Assembly (NCBI GenBank): GCA_963675295.2
Contig: CAXXKJ010000002.1
Coordinates: 704,001-768,000, forward strand
Direction: 5' to 3'
DNA from: a bacterium
GTDB taxonomy: Bacteria > Electryoneota > Electryoneia > Electryoneales > Electryoneaceae
Length of the DNA: 64,000 nt
This document shows positions 19,522-27,891 of the stretch, one piece after another (position 1 is the first letter of the stretch; every line of letters starts with the position of its first letter). The notes beneath the pieces are model-generated. The model made no database searches, had not been told where the DNA came from, and was given only the letters and a program-made list of their open reading frames with translations. The position numbers and the translations under genes were made by a program.

Positions 19522-21605
19522 TGAATTGCTTCTACCGTCACCGTGCAATCGGTGAGTGGGCAATTGCCGCCGACCGCAACCTCGAGCGCGCCGGCGTACA
19601 GTTGCATCGCGTCCACTCCGGTCCGTCGTGACGGGGCATAAGCCGGTTCATCATTCCGGAACCCACGCAGCAGGAAGATGGCGTCCTCGCTCAGGTACGG
19701 GTCGCGCTTCGCGATGCCGCGCTGGTCGATGGTGCCGTTGTGGACGAGGACAGGGTCGCCGTCCGTGATGCCGAGGTCTTGCGCCCGCTTCGTCGGGATG
19801 TGGATCGGGTTGGTTGCGGCCAGTTCATCCAGCAACGAGTTCGCACCACTGCCGCCGGGTTCAACCTGTGCGGGCCCTTGTCCGCTGATCACCTTGAAGT
19901 GGTTGCCGGTCATGTGCTGCGGGTTCGAGCACGGCGCCCAGCAGACGACATTCACCTGCTTCAGGTCGCCGCACGCCAGCTCGATCTTGCCGGTCCGTTT
20001 CTTGAACTTGAGGCCGTTTCCGCGATCGTGCAGGATCGGTGAAGGCGACAGCTCAACCAGCCCGGTCGCGGCGAAATCGTCCTGGTCAAGCCCACTGCCC
20101 TCGAGTTGCCAGTCGATGTGATCGTCAATCGTCTCGTATGGGAAGTGATGGCCCAGGTTGAGCCGGTTTGCCAGCTCACGGAAGATCCACCAGCGCGGCT
20201 TGCTATCGAAACGTGGTTCGACCGCCTGTTGCCGCAACGCCAGCGCCGGTTTCGCGCCACGGCGTTCGATGATGTTGTCGGTGCGTTCGAGGAACGACGG
20301 TTCCGGCAGGATGAAATCGCTGCGCCACGCGGTGTCGCTGAAGCTGTCATCAATGGTGACAACGAGATCCAGCATCTCCATCGCGCGCTGGAACTCCTCG
20401 CGGTCAGGCAGGGTGCGGAGCGGATCGTGCCGCACGGCGAAGAAAGCCTTCACCTGGTACGGATTCCCACTCTGGATCGCTGCGGGCAGGGTTTGCAGCA
20501 GGCCCCAGCGCTTGTCGAGATGGTGCACCGTGTCGCCGATGCCATCCACACGATGCGCTTCCGGATCCTTCGGCAGCGAGCTGAGCTGACGGACCTCGAC
20601 ACCGGCGTCCGCCGCCGACTTGGCGAAGATCAACCCGCCGGGGGCTTCGTAACTGCCGAGCAGTGCGTTCAATGCGTACAACGCCCGGCGGAAGTAGTAG
20701 TCGTTGCGTCCCCACGCCGTGGTGTGGCCGGGGTGGACGATCACCTGCGGTGCGGCATCGGCCAGTTGCCGTGCGAGGGTGACCAGCTCTTTCGCCGGGA
20801 AGCCGGCCATGGTCTGGGCGAACTCGGGGGTGAAGGCGGCGGTTGCGCCACGGAGGTCGTCCAGTCCGTTCACCCAGCGCTCGACAAACTCGACGTTGTA
20901 CAGCCGCTCTTTCAGCAGCACGTGGATCAGACCCATTACGACCGAGTAGTCGGTATGCGGCCGGATGACGTGAAAATCGGTTGCCTTGGCGGCGGTGTTG
21001 TTCCAGCGGACATCGACGTAGCTGAACCGTCCGCGACGGCTGAGCAGGTCAACGATTTGATGCGCTTCGTCTGTGCGTACCGAATCGAAGATCGCACGGC
21101 CGAAGGACAGCAGGTGCTTGCAATTCTCGTAATCGTAGACGACATCATCCCTGCTGAGGCCGGTCATCGACATGTGCGCGTTATGAGCCGAGATGCCGCC
21201 AGTGGTTTCGTCGTCGAACGCGTTGGGGGAACCGTACGCCGCGAGGAAGGTGCGTTGGAACTCGTTGAACGGGCCGCCGTGATCGGCGAGCACCAGCGAT
21301 TTCGCGCCGTGTATCTGCTTGAACGCCGCCAACCGGTCGGCGATCCGGTCGAGGGTCTCATCCCACGATATCCGCTTCCAGTTGCCGGATCCGCGCGCGC
21401 CATCTCGCATCATCGGATACTGTGGCCGGTTGTCATCGTAGAGGAAAGCTTTCGCCGCCGCGCCTTTCGGGCACAACGCTCGTGAACCGATTGGGGAATG
21501 CGGATTGCCCCAGAGATGCCGCACTCGGCCATCCTGCACCTCAATTTCGATCGGGCAGTGGGCGGCACAGGAATCGCAGAGGCTGTAGACCGTTTTGTTG
21601 TTCAT
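19509..21605 (-). CDS. Molybdopterin oxidoreductase, PsrA/PhsA-like catalytic subunit (no Tat signal, divergent active site)
   Basis: CDSCAAHC..LCPKG FS0 motif; ISWDETLD, YGSPN, SDTAWRSDFILP..FLER; start placed at ATG 21605. Confidence 0.85.
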   Translation of the reverse strand: MNNKTVYSLCDSCAAHCPIEIEVQDGRVRHLWGNPHSPIGSRALCPKGAAAKAFLYDDNRPQYPMMRDGARGSGNWKRISWDETLDRIADRLAAFKQIHGAKSLVLADHGGPFNEFQRTFLAAYGSPNAFDDETTGGISAHNAHMSMTGLSRDDVVYDYENCKHLLSFGRAIFDSVRTDEAHQIVDLLSRRGRFSYVDVRWNNTAAKATDFHVIRPHTDYSVVMGLIHVLLKERLYNVEFVERWVNGLDDLRGATAAFTPEFAQTMAGFPAKELVTLARQLADAAPQVIVHPGHTTAWGRNDYYFRRALYALNALLGSYEAPGGLIFAKSAADAGVEVRQLSSLPKDPEAHRVDGIGDTVHHLDKRWGLLQTLPAAIQSGNPYQVKAFFAVRHDPLRTLPDREEFQRAMEMLDLVVTIDDSFSDTAWRSDFILPEPSFLERTDNIIERRGAKPALALRQQAVEPRFDSKPRWWIFRELANRLNLGHHFPYETIDDHIDWQLEGSGLDQDDFAATGLVELSPSPILHDRGNGLKFKKRTGKIELACGDLKQVNVVCWAPCSNPQHMTGNHFKVISGQGPAQVEPGGSGANSLLDELAATNPIHIPTKRAQDLGITDGDPVLVHNGTIDQRGIAKRDPYLSEDAIFLLRGFRNDEPAYAPSRRTGVDAMQLYAGALEVAVGGNCPLTDCTVTVEAIHSGQ

Positions 21606-21631
21606 GGGCGGGAGTTCCAGCGTAAGCGAGT

Positions 21632-21649
21632 TCGTGAAATGTTTCTCAT
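21632..21649. promoter_or_regulatory. Putative Rex-type operator
   Basis: TCGTGAA-ATGT-TTCTCAT versus consensus TTGTGAA-N4-TTCACAA; second site ATTCGAA-AGTT-TTCACAA at 21822-21839. Confidence 0.45.
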
Positions 21650-21970
21650 TCTTGCGAGTTGATGTCATCGTATCACCGTGCAACTGCCGCATTGCCCGCG
21701 GCTGTTCATGAACAGGCATTCGTCTTATCGCGGGAAACAGCTTAAGAACACGGAAGATTGTGGAGAATATAACAAGCCTCTCTGTGGCACGGGTTCGGAG
21801 TGGAGTGATTAGGGGAGGTTAATTCGAAAGTTTTCACAAGGTCTCGGCGCTGTGGTGAGTGGGGGACGGATCGTTGATTTTCCCTTGTGCGGCGCGGTTC
21901 CGGAGCACGACATTGCGACCAGCCTACCGTTTGGCATGGCGGCAGGTGGTGAGTTCACGAATCAACGGCG

Positions 21971-24900
21971 GTGACCACGTCGATGTCTGACTCTGTCCAT
22001 ACGCAACCTGAGCTGATACCGCTCGGTTCCTCCGAGTGGCTGGACCGGTTTGTCGAATCGGCGACCGGACTTGCGGCTGCGGAATTGGCGGCGTGGGCGG
22101 ACCGTGCGCATAGCGAAACCGCGGGATTGCTCAAGGCTGCGGAGATCGCGGAGAAACGGATCGCCGCGCCGAAGGGCAAGGCGGACGATCCGGCGCGAGT
22201 GCGGAACGCCGTGATCCAGATCATCGAGCAGATTGAGGACAGCGCGGAGCGGTTGCAGAAAGACGCCGACGCGGTTTTCACCGGTTGGCGTGAGGGCTGG
22301 ACGAAGCAGCTGGCAACATTACCGGAAACCGTCGAACTGGTCGCTGACTGGGACACCTGGTTGCATGAGGCCGGGACTGGTCCGCAGTTCACGTGGTGGC
22401 GGCTGCGTCAACGAACCGCCCGACTGTTCGTCAAGCCCGCGCCACCGTCGTCGGAAGTTGATCCTGCTGAGATCCCTGTCCCGGAAGAAACAACCGGCGG
22501 GGACGAGCCCGACCCTGCCGAGCCTACCCGTGACACGCCGCCAGCATCCTCCGACTCAGGCCAGCAACACGGACGGATGATTCCTTTGCGCGCGGTGGTT
22601 GCCGCGACGACCGAACCCTCTACCGGACGGGAATGGGCAGCGACGGCCGCGAAACGGGTTGAGTTGACTGCGAGCTGGCTGCGGGATTTGCGACGGCTGG
22701 TGTTGCAGCTTCGTGACTTGAGCCTGCTGCGTCCGATGGCTCCGCACGACACCGAGGACGGCAACGTCGATCCGGCGTCGATTCCGGGCCGGGTGCGTCA
22801 GCATGCTGAGGAGTGGCAACGGCGGGTGGATGAGCTGGTCGCCGCGGAAACCGAGCGGCTGACCGCAGTGTTCGCCGATCAGATCCGGGCCGATCTTCAC
22901 TTCTGGCCGTGGGCGGGGACCTCGTTGCTGCCGGCAAACCGGTACACGGACACCAGGCTGGAACAACTTCGCACCCAGGTTCAGGCTGCTCAGGACAAGG
23001 CGGTTCTCGCTCCGGGCAATCGTGCGCGTGGGCGATACAGCAACCTGGCGAAGGATCTGCGGCTGGCGTCGTTGCTGATTCAACATGCAAACCTCGCTGC
23101 CGGTGTCGCCGAACGGGCACACAAGCGGTTTGACGAAACGTTGCGCGAACCGTTCGCGAAGACGACCGAGTCGGTGCTGGCGACGTGGGAGAAGGTGAAG
23201 GCAGCTTCCTCGGAATCTCCGGAAACGTTGCACGAGGTGATGCGCGGCTCGGCGGACAAGTTGCTGACCGAAATGCGTTACCGCCGCATGCCTGCCGCGA
23301 TGCAGGCGGTGTTGGAAGTCGGGTTCGAAAAGGTGCTGGCGAAGTATCAGACCAATGTCGAATCGCTGCTCGGCAGCCTGCCGCAGTCGGAGATGCTGTA
23401 TGTCGAAAATGCCGCGGGTGGAAGCAAAACTCACACGATTCCGTTCAAGGAACTGCTGCATCGGGGCGCGTATCTCACCTTCCGCAGCGAGTTCAAGGAA
23501 GCGGAGGAGTGGGTCAAGGAGCGGCAGGGCGATCTGGTGCGCGGGGTTTCTGACCTGGACGATCTGCTCGAGGTGAACATCTCGGCCGGGCTCGACATGC
23601 TGAAGCGCACGGACGGCGCGCCGCCGGACGAACAAGCAATCGAGAGCGCGGTGCAGGGCTTTGGCCGCTTGCACGGGCGGATGAAAGACCTCGAGGCGAC
23701 AGTCGACAAGCTGTCGACGGAAGGGGTGACCCAGTTCGAGGACGTCGCGGTTCGTTTCGAGGAACACCTGATCGAGCTGACCGACAACCAGGACCTCGTG
23801 CGATTGCGGCTGGAGTTGTACCGGGCGGAGTTCCGCACGCAGTTGTGGCACCGTTTCCTGCGAATCGGCGAGCGATCCGGCAAGGGTGTGCGTTGGCTGG
23901 TGACGCAGGCGCCGCGGCTGTTGCTGTGGGGACGGAGTGAAGTGGAACGCCTGCGCCGTCTCGCGGGCATCGGTTCCGACGACGAAGATGCCGCGTCCCG
24001 CCTGACCGCGTTCCTCAAGGACATGGACACGGTGGTCGAGGGGCTGCCGTTCGTGATCCAGCAGTTGTTCAAGATCGCGCCGTTGGAGGATGACCGGTTT
24101 TTCAGCGGACGTGACCGTGAGCTTGGTGTGTTGGCGGGGCAGGTGGAAGCGTGGCGCGCGGGGCGTGTCGCCAGCTGCGCGTTGGCGGGAGAAGAAGGCA
24201 GTGGGCGGACAACGTTGCTGACGATGACGCAACGCACGTTGCTGGCGGATGATGACGTGCGGCAACTGACCCTGACCTACACCATGCTGGATCCCGGTAA
24301 ATTTGTTGGCATGCTGGCTGAACAGCTGGAGATCGGCGACATCCACGACTTTGATGCGCTCGAGCAATACTTGATGGAAAGCGACCAGCGTCGAGTGGTG
24401 ATCGTCGAAAACATCCAGCAATTGTATTTGCGGGTGCTGGATGGGTTCGAGACGCTGGAACGCTTCCTGTTGCTGGTTTCCCGCACCGGGGACAAGGTGT
24501 TGTGGATTCTGTCGTGCGCGTGGCACAGCTGGCAGTATCTCAACCGTGTGCTGAATATCGAGGGCTACATTCAACGTGTGATCAAGCTGGACACGTTGAC
24601 GCAAGAGGAAGTGCGTGCGATTATCGGCCGCCGCCATACGGTCAGCGGGTTCCACCGCGTGTATATCCCGACGAACGAAGACCTGGAGATGCGGCGGTTC
24701 AAGAAAGCCAGGTCGCCGGAGGAACGGAATGAACTTGCCGAGGACCTGTTCTTCCAGCGATTGCAGGGTATCGCGGCGGGTAACATCGCGGTGGCGTTGC
24801 AGTTTTACCTGCGCGCGGTGACCAAGGTGGACGGCGACACGTTGTACCTGACCACGGATGTTCGCCTTGACGAAGCTGCGTTGTCCGGGTTGACAATGGA

Positions 24901-25117
24901 CGAACGCTTCACCCTGGCAGCGGTGGTGCTGCACAGCGGTTTGACCTCGGAAGAGCATTCGCAGGTGTTCCGGCAAGAATTGAACCGGTCGTTGCGTGTG
25001 CTGATGAAGCTGAAGAACATGGGTGTGCTGGTGCAGGTGGATCAGGTGTTCCGGCTGCATCAGACGGTGCATCGTCCGATCCTGCGGGCGTTGCGGGAGA
25101 CGAATGTGTTGCACTGA
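21971..25117 (+). CDS. Large helical protein with C-terminal P-loop NTPase (AAA/STAND-like) and probable winged-helix domain
   Basis: FSGRDREL, Walker A GEEGSGRTT, Walker B VVIVEN; exact start uncertain. Confidence 0.75.
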   Translation: MTTSMSDSVHTQPELIPLGSSEWLDRFVESATGLAAAELAAWADRAHSETAGLLKAAEIAEKRIAAPKGKADDPARVRNAVIQIIEQIEDSAERLQKDADAVFTGWREGWTKQLATLPETVELVADWDTWLHEAGTGPQFTWWRLRQRTARLFVKPAPPSSEVDPAEIPVPEETTGGDEPDPAEPTRDTPPASSDSGQQHGRMIPLRAVVAATTEPSTGREWAATAAKRVELTASWLRDLRRLVLQLRDLSLLRPMAPHDTEDGNVDPASIPGRVRQHAEEWQRRVDELVAAETERLTAVFADQIRADLHFWPWAGTSLLPANRYTDTRLEQLRTQVQAAQDKAVLAPGNRARGRYSNLAKDLRLASLLIQHANLAAGVAERAHKRFDETLREPFAKTTESVLATWEKVKAASSESPETLHEVMRGSADKLLTEMRYRRMPAAMQAVLEVGFEKVLAKYQTNVESLLGSLPQSEMLYVENAAGGSKTHTIPFKELLHRGAYLTFRSEFKEAEEWVKERQGDLVRGVSDLDDLLEVNISAGLDMLKRTDGAPPDEQAIESAVQGFGRLHGRMKDLEATVDKLSTEGVTQFEDVAVRFEEHLIELTDNQDLVRLRLELYRAEFRTQLWHRFLRIGERSGKGVRWLVTQAPRLLLWGRSEVERLRRLAGIGSDDEDAASRLTAFLKDMDTVVEGLPFVIQQLFKIAPLEDDRFFSGRDRELGVLAGQVEAWRAGRVASCALAGEEGSGRTTLLTMTQRTLLADDDVRQLTLTYTMLDPGKFVGMLAEQLEIGDIHDFDALEQYLMESDQRRVVIVENIQQLYLRVLDGFETLERFLLLVSRTGDKVLWILSCAWHSWQYLNRVLNIEGYIQRVIKLDTLTQEEVRAIIGRRHTVSGFHRVYIPTNEDLEMRRFKKARSPEERNELAEDLFFQRLQGIAAGNIAVALQFYLRAVTKVDGDTLYLTTDVRLDEAALSGLTMDERFTLAAVVLHSGLTSEEHSQVFRQELNRSLRVLMKLKNMGVLVQVDQVFRLHQTVHRPILRALRETNVLH

Positions 25118-25197
25118 TGAGAGATGGAACGATACGTGCCCGTGTCAAAAAACTTGCGGACGCAGATGAACGAAAGCTGGATTGAAGGAGAAGGCTG

Positions 25198-26358
25198 TTG
25201 CTGAGTCGGAGTAACAAGGTGGTCTGGATTGGCGTTCTGCTGGCAGCACTCACTCTGCTGCCGGGCGGGACTCTGTCCGTCGTGTCCGCGCAGGACACCA
25301 CGGCTCAGACGCCGGACTCCGCTTGGCATGCGCCAATCGCTATTTCTCCTCCGATCAACGCTGACACACCCTCATCGGTGGTGGTTGACACGTCCGCTCC
25401 AGCATCGTCATCCCTTCCGCCAGCGACGGAACAGGACAGCGCCACTTCTGCCGTCACGGATTCAACGGTTCAGACTGAACCCTCGGATGTCCAACCCACC
25501 CCAGCGGACACGGCGAACAAGCCCGTGTCTCGTTTGCCGGGCTCGCGGATGTTGGAAGAAGCGCCGGACGTACAATGGTCGATCTCGGCCAGCCGTGTTT
25601 TCTGGGCGTTCGTTGTCTTCATGATCGGGTTTCTCGGCATCAAGTATGCCACCAAGCTGCTCGAATTCATCGCGGAGCGTCGCGCGCGTTCCCGGCTCAG
25701 CATCAAGGCGGCGATCCCGATCCTGCGGATTTCCGGCTGGACCTTCATCCTCTATTTCATCATCGCGAGGGTTTTCGCGCCGCCGATCGAAACGGTTCTG
25801 GCGTTGACGGCGTCGCTGGGTATCGCGGTCGGTTTCGCGGCGCAGGACATTCTGAAGAACATTTTCGGCGGGATCATGATCCTGTTCGACCGGCCGTTCA
25901 GCGTCGGCGACAAGATCCAGATCGGCGACCATTACGGCGAGGTGTTGAGCATCGGTTTGCGTACGGTTCGTCTCGTGACGCCGGACGATTCCGTGGTCTC
26001 GGTTCCGAACGCCGAAGTCGCCGCGCAGTCGGTGTCGAACGCAAACTCCGGCGCATCCGACTGCCAGGTGGTGGCGGAGTTCTTCCTCACGCCGAATGTC
26101 GACCTCGCGGCGGTGGAGCGGGTGGCCATGCGTGCCGCACAAATCAGCCGCTACACCTACCTCAACAAGCCGGTCGCGGTGATGATAAAAAACGAGATGC
26201 ACGAAGGCCGTTCGCTGATCAAGGTGCGGCTCAAGGCGTACGTGTTTGATCACCGTTACGAGTTTGCGCACATCACCGACATGAGCCGGATTGTGATGGA
26301 CGAGCTTATTCAGCGCGGGCTTGTCAATCCACAGGAACTGGCGATGATGAAGATGTAA
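25198..26358 (+). CDS. MscS-family mechanosensitive ion channel
   Basis: GIAVGFAAQDILKNIFGG..DRPFSVGDKI..GEVLSIGLRT..VPN; N-terminal signal and Pro/Ser/Thr linker. Confidence 0.92.
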   Translation: MLSRSNKVVWIGVLLAALTLLPGGTLSVVSAQDTTAQTPDSAWHAPIAISPPINADTPSSVVVDTSAPASSSLPPATEQDSATSAVTDSTVQTEPSDVQPTPADTANKPVSRLPGSRMLEEAPDVQWSISASRVFWAFVVFMIGFLGIKYATKLLEFIAERRARSRLSIKAAIPILRISGWTFILYFIIARVFAPPIETVLALTASLGIAVGFAAQDILKNIFGGIMILFDRPFSVGDKIQIGDHYGEVLSIGLRTVRLVTPDDSVVSVPNAEVAAQSVSNANSGASDCQVVAEFFLTPNVDLAAVERVAMRAAQISRYTYLNKPVAVMIKNEMHEGRSLIKVRLKAYVFDHRYEFAHITDMSRIVMDELIQRGLVNPQELAMMKM

Positions 26359-26364
26359 GCCGGG

Positions 26365-26630
26365 ATTGCGGGCTACGGGCTACGGGCTACGGGCTGCGGT
26401 CGGCGGTGGAGTAACGAAACGTGCCCCAGACATTTGTGTCTGGGACATACAACTGTTTGAACCTGTTCTTGCCCGTGTTGGCTTAACAACGCGGGTAGCA
26501 GTTTGTTCCTCCGGCCCAGTCCAGTATGGACAACCCACGACATTCATGTCGTGGGCATGAAAATGCCACGGACTGAAGTCCGTGGCAAAGTGGTTTTACT
26601 CATCACTCACCACTCGTTACTCAGCACTTT
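26365..26630. repeat. BIME-like REP cluster with flanking 7-mer arrays
   Basis: (GGGCTAC)n left and (ACTCANC)n right; hairpins CCCAGACA..TGTCTGGG, CCCACGACA..TGTCGTGGG, CCACGGACTGAAGTCCGTGG. Confidence 0.75.
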
Positions 26631-26638
26631 CCCTCCCC

Positions 26639-27334
26639 CTACTTCTTTTCGAACACCGTCTTGTAAACAAACCCGGCGAGGATCGCCCCGACAATCGGTG
26701 CCACCCAGAACAGCCACAGTTGCCCCATTGCCGCGCCCCCTGCGAACACCGCGACGCCGGTGCTGCGTGCCGGGTTGACCGATGTGTTGGTCACTGGAAT
26801 GCTGATCAGGTGGATCAGAGTCAGCATCAGGCCGATGGCGAGTCCGGCGAATCCGGCGGGAGCGCGTTTGTCGGTCGCGCCCATGATCACCAGCAGGAAC
26901 ATGAAGGTCATCACCACTTCGCAGACCAGCGCCGCCAGCATCGAATAACCGCCCGGGGAATGGTCGCCGTAGCCGTTTGACGCGAACCCGCCGACCTCGA
27001 AACCCGCTTTGCCGGTGGCGATGACATACAGCACCAACCCGGCGACCAGCCCGCCGACCACCTGGGCGATGATGTACGGGATCAAGTCTTTCGCGGGGAA
27101 CCGTCCGCCACTCCACAACCCGAACGATACCGCCGGGTTGAAGTGGCCGCCGGAGATGTGGCCGAGCGCGTACACGCCGGTCAGCACTGTCAATCCGAAC
27201 GCCAGCGACACGCCGACAAACCCGATTCCCAGTTGCGGGAATGCTGCCGCCAGCACCGCGCTGCCGCAGCCGCCAAGAACCAACCAGAAGGTGCCAAAGA
27301 ATTCCGCTGTCAACCGTTGAGGCATGCTAGCCAT
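26639..27334 (-). CDS. aqpZ: Aquaporin Z
   Basis: [35 protein letters not shown]. Confidence 0.97.
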   Translation of the reverse strand: MASMPQRLTAEFFGTFWLVLGGCGSAVLAAAFPQLGIGFVGVSLAFGLTVLTGVYALGHISGGHFNPAVSFGLWSGGRFPAKDLIPYIIAQVVGGLVAGLVLYVIATGKAGFEVGGFASNGYGDHSPGGYSMLAALVCEVVMTFMFLLVIMGATDKRAPAGFAGLAIGLMLTLIHLISIPVTNTSVNPARSTGVAVFAGGAAMGQLWLFWVAPIVGAILAGFVYKTVFEKK

Positions 27335-27891
27335 GATCGTCCTCCCTCACGCATGTGGATCGGCAACGGTCTCGTCTGGATCAACAGTGTGCACGCGACC
27401 GTTGGACAACGGCAGGCCTCCGCGGCAGGCAGGACAGGGGTAGTTCGTTGGGCGGCGGGGGATGCCTGCGTACGGGTCTCAATATATCGTACGCCAACTC
27501 TCGTCGGTGACAGAATTGAGTGACAAATCATCACCCCGAGTTTCGGTCCTGGCGGCAGGTTTTTCTCCCTCGGGAGCTTGCGATTGCGTGGATCGAGCAG
27601 GGCAACCTATCGGATGGTGAGTATTCACGCTGTTGTTCGTGTACACCGCAATCACCCTGAACAGTTCAGTATTTCAAGATCAAATCCTCAGTTTCACCAG
27701 GTTTCATTCCGTCAGAAACGGCTTCAATTCGCTGAAACCCCTGTCACAGCATGCTTCGAGAGTCCTCCAAACAAAACGCTAACAATTATAAGCAATCTTA
27801 TAAATAGGCTGTGTATTCTTTCGATTTAGTGTTGTGAATCTTCGTTTACGAACGGAGTTTGAGGAGTCGTCAAACAGGTGAGTGAGGTTTT

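Noticed and set aside
21190-21230. Selenocysteine at the molybdoenzyme ligand position
   Set aside because: Codon is GGC; no in-frame TGA
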